Assembly (NCBI GenBank): GCA_022868165.1
Contig: JALHYA010000004.1
Span: forward strand, 149,432 to 210,112
Direction of reading: 5' to 3'
Source of the DNA: Patescibacteria group bacterium
Lineage (GTDB): Bacteria; Patescibacteriota; Microgenomatia; UBA8517
Length of the DNA: 60,681 bases
Below the pieces are notes generated by a model. The model saw nothing but the letters and a program-made list of their open reading frames with translations, was not told where the DNA came from and searched no databases. Below, piece after piece: positions 35,883 to 44,318 of this stretch. Position 1 is the first letter of the stretch, and the number at the start of each line of letters is the position of its first letter. Both the position numbers and the translations under genes were made by a program.

Positions 35883-36683
35883 CTAGTGGTATTTGCCTCT
35901 CTCGTCGTGGCACTGGTTTTTCTTATCCCAGCAGACATTTTGGCAGGTTGGATCATCGGGGTAGACATCGGGACAACCGCTTCTTTTTGGATCAAAAAAG
36001 GGTAAACAAACTCCGCTCGGCGGAGCGCATACGTATTGCAGGGGTGCTGGCGGAGGAGCGGCAGTTGGCGTTGGTACTCCCGGCTCTTCGGTAGGAGAAG
36101 TAGGGCTTGGTGTTGGGGTAAACGTAGGAGTGGGTAATCCTCCTTGACCGGTGGGAGTTGGAGTAGGAGTAGGCAGCGGAGGTGGAGTTGAGCCTTCTGC
36201 AACACAGTAATTGTTTAAATTTTTATTTGTGCTTGCGACTCCATAGTTGAATTTACAATCCGGGCCGCAGCCGTTCCGCCGACAATCAACGCGGTCAATT
36301 ATTGTGTCGGCAGTAAATTCCAAATCTGCGTAGAGCTGATACCATTTGCTGCAGGCGCCGCCTTCGTTGACATAAACATATGAGCTTTTGGGTTTCGGGT
36401 CGCAAGGAATATTAGCAAGAACATTTAAATCGTCAATTTTCAATGGATTGCCGCAAACGGGAATGGCAACAGGATAGCAGCCTTTATCCTGGTAATACTC
36501 CTCGATACCTTTTGAGATTCTAAGAAGGTCTGCTTTTCTTCTTGCATCCCTTGCTCTTTGGAATTGGGGTGCTGCAGAGACGTAAGTTGTGCCCGAAACT
36601 ATTCCTAAAATTGCGGTAACGATGAGGATTTCAACTAAAGTGAATGAACGTAGGGGCCAGATTTTTCTTTGGCGTTTAGTCAC
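35883..36683 (-). CDS. Type IV pilin-like protein, Cys-rich with Pro/Thr-rich linker
   Basis: Prepilin-type N-terminus RSFTLVEILIVTAILGIV (Glu at +5), about 14 Cys, PT-rich segment PTPTPTPTGQGGLPTPTFTPTPSPT. Confidence 0.75.
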   Translation of the reverse strand: MTKRQRKIWPLRSFTLVEILIVTAILGIVSGTTYVSAAPQFQRARDARRKADLLRISKGIEEYYQDKGCYPVAIPVCGNPLKIDDLNVLANIPCDPKPKSSYVYVNEGGACSKWYQLYADLEFTADTIIDRVDCRRNGCGPDCKFNYGVASTNKNLNNYCVAEGSTPPPLPTPTPTPTGQGGLPTPTFTPTPSPTSPTEEPGVPTPTAAPPPAPLQYVCAPPSGVCLPFFDPKRSGCPDVYPDDPTCQNVCWDKKNQCHDERGKYH

Positions 36684-36704
36684 AACTAGAGTATAGCACC
36701 AAAA

Positions 36705-37889
36705 CTATTCGTAGCGGATAGCCTCTATTGGGGAAAGCTTAGCAGCTTTGTTTGCGGGAAATACTCCGAACACGATTCCGATTAACGAAGAAACACCTAA
36801 TGCCAACAAAACGGTGGTGAAATTGATGTATGCGGGAAACAATCGCTGTATGGCAATAACGACTAGGTAGGAAATTCCAAGGCCCAAAAGACCACCCAAC
36901 ACAGATAAAAGAACGGCCTCGGTTGTGAATTGCCAGAGGATATTTCTCTGGGTTGCCCCTATTGCGCGCCTTATTCCTATTTCCCTGGTTCTTTCGGTTA
37001 CGGATGCATACATAATATTCATAATTCCTATTCCGCCGACAACCAAAGAGATTGCTGCAATTGCCACCAAAACACTATTAAGAATTGTAAATATCGAGTT
37101 TATGGTGTTGAGAAACTCCGTCTGCTCCGTGACATCGAAATCTTCGGGTTTATATCTTTTGGCCAGAGCTTTTTTTGCGTCGATCTTAACTTGAGAGATG
37201 TTTTCGGAACTGTTTGCCTTAAGATAAATTCCAAAGAATTTTTTGTTTGGATTAAAACTTAGCGTTGCCGTATAGGGCATATACATTCTGTCGTCGATGC
37301 TTGGAGTGCCCACCCCGCCGCCCCCTTTTACTTTGGCAACTCCTATGACCTTAAAACCCTGGTCTTCAATTTTTAAAATTTTATTCAAGGCGCCGTCTAC
37401 ACTTCCGAATATTTTTTGCGCTGCGGAAGGCCCCAAAACAACAACCTTGTTTCCTTTTTCAAAATCGCTTTTTGTATATGCTCTCCCCCTGTCAATTTCC
37501 AAATTCAAAAGAGTGAAGATGTCGGCAGTGGAGCTTATAAACTCATAAGTTTCTGTCTTATTTGTACCCTTAATCCGAGTCATTTTTGCATAAATGGGAG
37601 CCGCAAGCTCGACGTTTTGGATTTTTCTCACACTGGCCGCGTCCCTCTCGTCAAACTGAATTCCTCCCACAACACCACCACTCAATGCCCCTCCCGGTAG
37701 TATAAAAATCAGGTTGCTCCCTAGGCTTTGGAATTGACGCTCGATATACCTTTTTAGACCGAGCCCAAAGGCCATAAGAAGGACAACGGAAGCGACTCCA
37801 ATAAGAATTCCTAAGGATGTAAGAAAAACCCTGCCCTTGTTTCTCTTGAAATCATCGATTGCCGAACGAATTAAAAATGGAATTTGCAT
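36705..37889 (-). CDS. ABC transporter permease, FtsX/MacB type
   Basis: MacB-like periplasmic domain between TM1 and TM2, and a C-terminal FtsX 3-TM bundle. I chose the start MQIPFLIRSAI abutting the ATPase stop. Confidence 0.85.
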   Translation of the reverse strand: MQIPFLIRSAIDDFKRNKGRVFLTSLGILIGVASVVLLMAFGLGLKRYIERQFQSLGSNLIFILPGGALSGGVVGGIQFDERDAASVRKIQNVELAAPIYAKMTRIKGTNKTETYEFISSTADIFTLLNLEIDRGRAYTKSDFEKGNKVVVLGPSAAQKIFGSVDGALNKILKIEDQGFKVIGVAKVKGGGGVGTPSIDDRMYMPYTATLSFNPNKKFFGIYLKANSSENISQVKIDAKKALAKRYKPEDFDVTEQTEFLNTINSIFTILNSVLVAIAAISLVVGGIGIMNIMYASVTERTREIGIRRAIGATQRNILWQFTTEAVLLSVLGGLLGLGISYLVVIAIQRLFPAYINFTTVLLALGVSSLIGIVFGVFPANKAAKLSPIEAIRYE

Positions 37890-37890
37890 T

Positions 37891-38568
37891 TTACAAATAT
37901 TTTTGGACAATTTTGCCGTCCTTAATAAATATTCTTCTTTTGGTTTTTGAGACCACGTTTTGGTCATGGGTTACAACAATTACCGTTACCCCAAATTTCG
38001 AGTTCAGACTTGCCAGAGTCACCATAATTTCTTTGCCGGTTTTCGAGTCCAAATTTCCCGTTGGCTCGTCGGCCAGGACCAACCCCGGTTTCATTACAAG
38101 TGCCCTTGCAATGGCTGCCCTTTGCTGCTGACCGCCTGAAATTTTATTGGGGAAAAATTTTGCTCTCTCGGTAAGACCAAGTTCCTCAAGAAGTTCGTCG
38201 GCCCTTTGTTTGGTATCAAATTCCAATTTTTTCTTTGCGTAGTGCGTGGGAAGAAGAATGTTTTCTTCAACGGTTAAGTTGTTTATTAGATTGAATTGCT
38301 GGAAGACGAAACCCACATATTCATTCCGCAGTTGAGAAATTTTGTTGTCGGAAAGTTTTGAAGTATCTTTTCCGTCAACGATTACTTTGCCGTAGGAAGG
38401 TTTATCCAATAGCCCCAAAATATGCATAAGCGTCGATTTTCCGCTTCCCGAGGAGCCCAAGATACCAACAAATTCTCCGTCCTTTATCGAGAGATTTATA
38501 TGAGAGAGTGCAGAGAATTTTTCACTGCCGACATCGTAAACTTTTCCGACATCCTCAAGCTTAATCAT
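37891..38568 (-). CDS. ABC transporter ATP-binding protein (MacB/LolD type)
   Basis: Walker A GSSGSGKST, signature LSGGQQQR, Walker B LVLADEPT. Confidence 0.9.
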   Translation of the reverse strand: MIKLEDVGKVYDVGSEKFSALSHINLSIKDGEFVGILGSSGSGKSTLMHILGLLDKPSYGKVIVDGKDTSKLSDNKISQLRNEYVGFVFQQFNLINNLTVEENILLPTHYAKKKLEFDTKQRADELLEELGLTERAKFFPNKISGGQQQRAAIARALVMKPGLVLADEPTGNLDSKTGKEIMVTLASLNSKFGVTVIVVTHDQNVVSKTKRRIFIKDGKIVQKYL

Positions 38569-39601
38569 AGACGACTTCGCCCTCGCTTAGACCCTTTGTA
38601 ACTTCGGCATCGGTATCGGTTTCCATACCCGTTTCAATATAAGTTTTCTTTTTCTCTTTTCCGACCAAAACATAATTTCCCTTATTGTCCGATTTTAGGA
38701 ATTTAAGCGGAATTTGAAGAACATTTTCCTTTTCTCCCGTAACAAAAGTTGCATCTCCTGTCATATCTATTCGATAGATAATATTTTTGGTTTGGAAATT
38801 GGAAATATCAATTTCGACTTTATAAGTGGTGCTGGTTTCTCCCTCTTTGGGCACAAACGACATGTTTTCAACACTGCCTTCAAACTCGCTTTGAGGAAAA
38901 GCATCCAACACAATTTTGACTTTCATGCCCTCGGTAATTTGTGCCACCTCTGTTTGATCGGCGGTTACTTCAAAGTAAAGGCTATAAGGGTTGACCACTT
39001 CGATTGCGCTTTGGAACGGAGCAATGTTTACTCCGGCAAAAGGGGGGTTAACTTTTGTCACGATTCCGGAGATTGGAGTTGAAATGCTGGCGAGGCTTAT
39101 GCCGATATTTTGGCTCTCCACATCCAATACGGAGTTATTCAAGTCAATCTGTGCTTTAGTCAACGTCCTTGCGGTTTTATTTCGGAAGTCCTGGTCCGGA
39201 TTTTCAAGATAGTTACGGTTATCGTAAGTGATTTGGTCGAAGTCCAAGCGTGTTTTTTGATAGATATTTAGTGTTTTCTGCAGAGCATTTTGGGCCAGAC
39301 GAGAGTCAAGTGAGGCCACGGTTTGATATTTATTAACCCAATCTCCTTCTTTAACTCCCAGCCAGGAAAGAAGCCCCCCGCTGGCAAATTGTAGGGTCGC
39401 ATGCTCGCTGGCTTCAACTTTTCCGGAAAGGGTAAGCTCTTGTTTTAGACTACCCCGGGTTACCGCTATGGATTCGACGGCAGGCTTGGGATGAAAGATT
39501 AAGGGGCGGACTATAAGAATAAGGACAATTAATCCGGCCGCTATCAAAAGCAACTTTTTTCTGGACATTATAAATTTGCTCAATTTTTTGACTAATTTCA
39601 T
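38561..39601 (-). CDS. HlyD/MacA family periplasmic adaptor-like protein
   Basis: N-terminal TM helix, coiled-coil region, beta-barrel C-terminus. 8-nt overlap with the ATPase gene. Confidence 0.8.
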   Translation of the reverse strand: MKLVKKLSKFIMSRKKLLLIAAGLIVLILIVRPLIFHPKPAVESIAVTRGSLKQELTLSGKVEASEHATLQFASGGLLSWLGVKEGDWVNKYQTVASLDSRLAQNALQKTLNIYQKTRLDFDQITYDNRNYLENPDQDFRNKTARTLTKAQIDLNNSVLDVESQNIGISLASISTPISGIVTKVNPPFAGVNIAPFQSAIEVVNPYSLYFEVTADQTEVAQITEGMKVKIVLDAFPQSEFEGSVENMSFVPKEGETSTTYKVEIDISNFQTKNIIYRIDMTGDATFVTGEKENVLQIPLKFLKSDNKGNYVLVGKEKKKTYIETGMETDTDAEVTKGLSEGEVVYD

Positions 39602-39611
39602 ATGGCGAAGA

Positions 39612-39640
39612 AGTATAACTTAAAGACGGAGTAATTTCAA
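39612..39640 (-). promoter_or_regulatory. Consensus-like promoter TTGAAA-N17-TATACT, only 10 nt from the adaptor-gene ATG
   Basis: -35 at 39640-39635 and -10 at 39617-39612 on the minus strand. No Shine-Dalgarno between the -10 and the ATG. Confidence 0.55.
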
Positions 39641-39664
39641 AAATTGTGAGGTAGGAAAGAAAGA

Positions 39665-39706
39665 GAGAGTGGAGGCTCACAGGTAGTGTGAGTGGTCTCC
39701 ACTCTC
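39665..39706 (-). terminator. Long hairpin (10-bp outer stem plus 6-bp inner stem) downstream of the 88-aa ORF
   Basis: GAGAGTGGAG / CTCCACTCTC is perfect. Inner stem CTCACA / TGTGAG. Followed on the minus strand by CTCTCTTTCTTTCC. Confidence 0.5.
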
Positions 39707-39723
39707 GGCGTCAGCTAGCCAGA

Positions 39724-39990
39724 TTATTCACGAACCAGAGGTTCGGCGTATTTCACCAGCACAGTTCCTCGGCGAACTTTCGCACGCGAATGCACTGGTA
39801 CCCTGTCAACACAGTCGGGCGTATGGCATGGTTTGCCATTGACGAAAAGGGCAATTGGTTTCCACGATTTGCTTAAGCAGTATGCAATTACCCGCTTAAG
39901 CTCCGAAACCATCCGTCCATTTCCGTCGATAGGGAATGTTTCCGTTCTGATGACGACTTGTTGCTTGCGCTTTGCCTTACGAGAAGACAT
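39724..39990 (-). CDS. Hypothetical basic 88-aa protein
   Basis: RBS AGGAGGGAG 4 nt upstream of the ATG. Isolated between two hairpin terminators. No domain recognised. Confidence 0.5.
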   Translation of the reverse strand: MSSRKAKRKQQVVIRTETFPIDGNGRMVSELKRVIAYCLSKSWKPIALFVNGKPCHTPDCVDRVPVHSRAKVRRGTVLVKYAEPLVRE

Positions 39991-40064
39991 TTCTCCCTCC
40001 TAAGGGTGTGTGATGAGAATGCCCGGCTCGGCAAAGAATCGGTCTGGTTTGTTTAAGAGCGATT

Positions 40065-40087
40065 AAAAAACAACCCTTGAGTTGTTT
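40065..40087 (-). terminator. Rho-independent terminator of dgkA
   Basis: Minus strand reads AAACAAC-tcaagg-GTTGTTT followed by TTTT. Confidence 0.6.
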
Positions 40088-40108
40088 GGCGATAATAGCC
40101 GTCTGGCC

Positions 40109-40486
40109 TTACTTTGTCAAGGCTAGAATGATCAGTATTTTAGGCAAAAATATAATTAGGCCGACAATAACTGCAGAAATTGAGGCTAGAAGAACGGAGG
40201 CTGCAGCGACATCTTTCGCAATTTTTGCTTTCTCGTGTATTTCTGGACTGACTATATCCACCAAAACTTCCAAGGATGTATTCATAAGCTCAAGAATTAA
40301 TACCATTGCGACCGTGAGAGTAAGAACTAGCCATTCGATTGGAGCCAGTTTGAGGAAAAAGCCCAAAATTGCGGCCAGAATGGCAATCAGAATATGAATC
40401 TTGAAGTTTGGTTCTTCGCGCAAAGCCGTTCTCACTCCCGAGAAAGCAAACCGAAAACTTTTAGGCAGGGGATGCTCGTATCCCAT
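40109..40486 (-). CDS. dgkA: Diacylglycerol/undecaprenol kinase
   Basis: Three TM helices. LELMNTSLE motif (E..NT.IE). I chose the start MGYEH, because the track start at 40519 would overlap the divergent PAP2 gene. Confidence 0.85.
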   Translation of the reverse strand: MGYEHPLPKSFRFAFSGVRTALREEPNFKIHILIAILAAILGFFLKLAPIEWLVLTLTVAMVLILELMNTSLEVLVDIVSPEIHEKAKIAKDVAAASVLLASISAVIVGLIIFLPKILIILALTK

Positions 40487-40512
40487 TTCTAGGATTAGTA
40501 TACATTTGCCTA

Positions 40513-41046
40513 ATGTCAAAGCAAAGTGCTAGGATAATCTTTACTATGTTAGTGAAAGCAGAGGACATTACAATCACCTTTTTTGCCAGCTTTCTTATCT
40601 GGCTCATGTTCGCAGGAGTTTTGGTTCTTTGGCTTATCGATGGCAGAATAACAAAAGAGGAGGTCTTGCATGCTTTGCTGGCTTCATTCACCGCTTGGGT
40701 TTTAGCCGAAATAATCAAAAGGCTATTTCCGACACTTCGGCCTTTCCAAACGGACGGACAAGGAGTTTTGACTTTGACAACCCCGACCGACGGCGCTTTT
40801 CCTTCGGGGCACGCCGCGGCTTCTTTTGCTCTGGCACTTACGATATGGCTTCACGACAGAAAACTGGGCTGGGCTTTTCTTATAGCGGCATTAACCATCG
40901 GAATTGCCCGGGTACTTGGTAATGTTCATTATCCTGTGGATATTTTGGGGGGAGCCCTTTTGGGTATTTTTGTTGCTCTAACAGTTGAAAAGGCGCATGT
41001 ATTTAAACTCTTTTCCTTCATACTCAAAAGAAACCCCAAAGAATGA
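40513..41046 (+). CDS. PAP2 family phosphatase (undecaprenyl-diphosphatase-like)
   Basis: PAP2 motifs KRLFPTLRP, PSGH, ARVLGNVHYPVD. Confidence 0.85.
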   Translation: MSKQSARIIFTMLVKAEDITITFFASFLIWLMFAGVLVLWLIDGRITKEEVLHALLASFTAWVLAEIIKRLFPTLRPFQTDGQGVLTLTTPTDGAFPSGHAAASFALALTIWLHDRKLGWAFLIAALTIGIARVLGNVHYPVDILGGALLGIFVALTVEKAHVFKLFSFILKRNPKE

Positions 41047-41054
41047 AATTCCAA

Positions 41055-41088
41055 TTGACAGTTAGCAGTTTAATTGTTAGACTGCTAA
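41055..41088 (+). promoter_or_regulatory. lon promoter TTGACA-N17-TAGACT overlapped by CIRCE-like inverted repeat TTAGCAGTT-N9-GACTGCTAA
   Basis: -35 at 41055-41060 and -10 at 41078-41083. The palindrome spans 41062-41088. Confidence 0.55.
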
Positions 41089-41140
41089 ATACTTTTATTC
41101 AAACTCCCGTAAAGGGAGGAGTGAACAAACTCTCGTTTAT

Positions 41141-43555
41141 ATGAAACAGCAAGCAAAAGTTTTAAGAAAAGTTCCAATAGTGGCAATTCGGGGTTCGGTT
41201 CTTTTTCCCCATTCCGACACGCTCCTTTCTTTTGGGCGACCGAAGTCAATTTTCGCCGTAAATTCGGCATTTCAAGAAGATAGGGTTATTGCGGTTTTTA
41301 CCCAAAAAGACCCGAAAACTTCCGACCCCGGCAAAGAAGATTTATTCAAAGTTGGCACTATTGCCACCATTACCCAAATGATGTCCACCGAGGGTGAAAT
41401 TCATTCAATGGTCAGAGGCCAGGCAAGAATTGAATTGGAAAATATAATTTCGAATGAACCCTATTTGGTCGGCGAGGTAGCGGAAATTGCCGAAGAAAAT
41501 GATAATGTTCCCGAAGTTAAGGCCCTGGCCAAAAAATTGGCGGAACTTTTTAAAAGGTCGGTAAATCTCGGCAAGCAGGCGGAAATAACGGCCGTAATGA
41601 GGCTAATTTCGGATACCGTTGCTCCGGTTGAGCTGGTTGACCAGGTTGCCGGACTTCTTGAAGTTGATGTTGACGAGCGCCAGAAACTTCTTGAGACGTA
41701 TGACCTCAAAAAGCGTTTTGAGAAGGTTATGGAGCTTTTGGCCAATGAAGTAAATGTTTTAGACATCGAGCGCACAATAAACGTCAAAACCCAGCGCAGG
41801 TTCGAAGACCAAATGAGAAAAGCCATGCTTCGGGAGCGCAAAAGAACCATCGAAGAGGAGCTTGGCGAAGGCGAGGGAGAGCTTTCGGGTGAAGAGATTG
41901 GGGATTACAAGAGAAAAATCAGACTTGCCGGAATGCCCAAAGAAGTACACGAAAAGGCCCAAAAAGAGCTCAAAAGACTTGCGCAGATGTCTCCGAATAA
42001 CCCCGAGGGAGGCTATATCAGAAACTACTTGGATTGGTTGGTTGATATGCCCTGGAGCAAAGCATCCCCAAATAATGTTTCCATCCAGAAAGCGGCCAAG
42101 ATTTTGGAAGATAGGCACTATGGAATGAAAAAGGCCAAGGACAGAATTTTGGAATTTATGGCCGTAATGAAGCTAAAAGAAAAGAGCAAAAAAGCACAGG
42201 AAAATCAGCCCACAATCTTGTGTTTTATCGGGCCGCCTGGTGTGGGCAAGACCTCTATAGGCCGCTCGATTGCGGAAGCTTTAAGCCGCAAGTTTGTCAG
42301 AGTTTCGCTTGGAGGAATCAGAGACGAGGCTGAAATTCGTGGCCACAGGCGGACCTATGTTGGGGCGCTTCCTGGTAGGATTATTCAGGGAATAAAAAAT
42401 GCCGGCACCAAAAATCCGGTATTCATGCTTGATGAAATCGATAAAATCGGAATCGATTTCAGGGGAGACCCATCAAGCGCTCTTTTGGAGGCCCTCGATC
42501 CCGAACAGAACAAGGAATTTTCCGACCACTATCTGGAAGTTCCCTTTGACCTTTCACAAGTAATGTTCATTCTTACAGGAAATATGCTTGATACTATTCC
42601 CGCACCCTTGCGGGATAGGATGGAGATAATTGGGTTTCCAGGCTACACCGAGGATGAAAAACTAAACATTGCCAAGGAATTTTTGTGGCCAAAACAGCGC
42701 AGACTGCATGGCCTTGAGGCAAGGAAAATTAAAATCGCCGAAGCCGCAATCAAAAAGATAACCAATCGCTATACCCGAGAAGCAGGGGTAAGGGAACTGG
42801 AAAGGAATTTAGCCTCGCTTTGTCGCAAAATAGCCAGAATGGTTGCCGAAGGCAAGAAGTACCCAAAGAGTATTACGGCCAAGGATATAGAAAAGTTTTT
42901 GGGACCAAGGAGATTTTCTTCGATGATTGCCGAAAAACAAGATGAGGTGGGTATGTCCACGGGTCTTTCTGTAACTCCCACGGGAGGAGAGATTTTATTT
43001 ATCGAAGTAGCTCTTATGCCGGGCAAGGGCAGGCTTACCCTTACGGGCCAGTTGGGCGAGGTTATGCAGGAAAGTGCTAAAGCCGCCTTTACCTGGGCAA
43101 AATCCCATTATTCGCTTTTGGGGCTCAAGCCGGATTTTGCGTCGGGCATTGATGTCCATGTTCATGTTCCCGAAGGAGCTGTTCCTAAAGACGGTCCTTC
43201 GGCCGGAGATGCGCTGGCAACAGCCTTGGTTTCGGCCTTGACGGGAATACCGGTCAAAAGGGAAGTCGGAATGACAGGAGAAATAACTTTAAGAGGCAGA
43301 GTTATGGAAATCGGCGGAGTTAAAGAGAAGGTTATTGCCGGCCATCGGGCGGGGCTTAAGACTATAGTTATGCCAAAGGACAACAAAAAGGACCTTTTAG
43401 AGGATGTGCCCGAAAAGGTCAGGAAAGACGTAAAATTCGTGTTCGTTAACGATATTTTGGAGGTTTTGGAGGTTGCCCTGAAGACTTGGCCTCCAAAAAC
43501 TGTGATAAAAAGCCCAAAAATTACCCCTCTTCCGACTCTTCTTGCGGCAAACTAA
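41141..43555 (+). CDS. lon: ATP-dependent Lon protease
   Basis: LON N-domain, Walker A GPPGVGKTS, protease active-site region PKDGPSAG. Confidence 0.95.
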   Translation: MKQQAKVLRKVPIVAIRGSVLFPHSDTLLSFGRPKSIFAVNSAFQEDRVIAVFTQKDPKTSDPGKEDLFKVGTIATITQMMSTEGEIHSMVRGQARIELENIISNEPYLVGEVAEIAEENDNVPEVKALAKKLAELFKRSVNLGKQAEITAVMRLISDTVAPVELVDQVAGLLEVDVDERQKLLETYDLKKRFEKVMELLANEVNVLDIERTINVKTQRRFEDQMRKAMLRERKRTIEEELGEGEGELSGEEIGDYKRKIRLAGMPKEVHEKAQKELKRLAQMSPNNPEGGYIRNYLDWLVDMPWSKASPNNVSIQKAAKILEDRHYGMKKAKDRILEFMAVMKLKEKSKKAQENQPTILCFIGPPGVGKTSIGRSIAEALSRKFVRVSLGGIRDEAEIRGHRRTYVGALPGRIIQGIKNAGTKNPVFMLDEIDKIGIDFRGDPSSALLEALDPEQNKEFSDHYLEVPFDLSQVMFILTGNMLDTIPAPLRDRMEIIGFPGYTEDEKLNIAKEFLWPKQRRLHGLEARKIKIAEAAIKKITNRYTREAGVRELERNLASLCRKIARMVAEGKKYPKSITAKDIEKFLGPRRFSSMIAEKQDEVGMSTGLSVTPTGGEILFIEVALMPGKGRLTLTGQLGEVMQESAKAAFTWAKSHYSLLGLKPDFASGIDVHVHVPEGAVPKDGPSAGDALATALVSALTGIPVKREVGMTGEITLRGRVMEIGGVKEKVIAGHRAGLKTIVMPKDNKKDLLEDVPEKVRKDVKFVFVNDILEVLEVALKTWPPKTVIKSPKITPLPTLLAAN

Positions 43556-43563
43556 ATTCAGCT

Positions 43564-44205
43564 TTAGCTGGCCTCAAAAATACCCACGCTTAGCACGCTG
43601 TTTTTGTAATCAAAAACAAAACGAATGGGATTTTCCCTATTGTTTGTAATGTATAGATTTTGCAAAGCGCTTCCGGTCGGGTCATCCGGCCTGACATAGA
43701 TTGAAACTCCATATTCTCTAGGCACGCCCGGAATATTGGCAAAATCATGGTTTGCTGGAGCCACAGCCGTTAGTCCCGCTTCTTTAGCAACCCAATAAAT
43801 AAGAGAGGCCAAATGGCAAACTCCGTCTCCGGTTAAATAACCGTCGGACTTAAAACCATCCTGAAAATTGAAATGGGCATTGGTTGTTTTTACAACGCGT
43901 CCGGAATATTCGGGCAGCAATTTGTCATGGAAAGCGAATCCCTCCCCGGGTTTAAGGGTAAATTCGTAACGGAAAGGTTTTTTCACTTCAGACCAAGAGA
44001 TGTCTTTGGGTGACTCTATGGCCCCATCCAAATAGTTAAGGGTTAAAAGAATGTTGTCCTTAAAAACGTCGTTTACAAAGGCATTGCCATACCTCTCGTT
44101 TAGAGAGATTTCGTGCGTAGCTAACGGCACGGGGAGAGACCCCATGGCCTTAAGGCTGGCTGGGGTGGAAAGTAGGAATACAAGGTAAAGTAGTTCGGTT
44201 AACAT
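43564..44205 (-). CDS. VanW-like secreted protein
   Basis: Signal peptide. GDGVCHLASLIYWVAKEAGL resembles the VanW core (GGGVCQ.ST.L...AL.AGL). Confidence 0.6.
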   Translation of the reverse strand: MLTELLYLVFLLSTPASLKAMGSLPVPLATHEISLNERYGNAFVNDVFKDNILLTLNYLDGAIESPKDISWSEVKKPFRYEFTLKPGEGFAFHDKLLPEYSGRVVKTTNAHFNFQDGFKSDGYLTGDGVCHLASLIYWVAKEAGLTAVAPANHDFANIPGVPREYGVSIYVRPDDPTGSALQNLYITNNRENPIRFVFDYKNSVLSVGIFEAS

Positions 44206-44235
44206 GGTTTGTCAGGCTCGTGCCTGCCAAAAAAA

Positions 44236-44295
44236 AAGGTTCTCTCGGGAGAACCTTAAGGAGCGCAGTATATCAAACTATGAGATATAAGTCAA
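44236..44295 (-). promoter_or_regulatory. Promoter TTGACT-N17-TATACT followed immediately by hairpin plus U9 in the leader of the VanW-like gene
   Basis: -35 at 44295-44290 and -10 at 44272-44267. Hairpin AAGGTTCTC-ccga-GAGAACCTT at 44257-44236, then a T9 run on the minus strand. Confidence 0.5.
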
Positions 44296-44318
44296 GATAC
44301 TAGAGGGTATTTACATAT

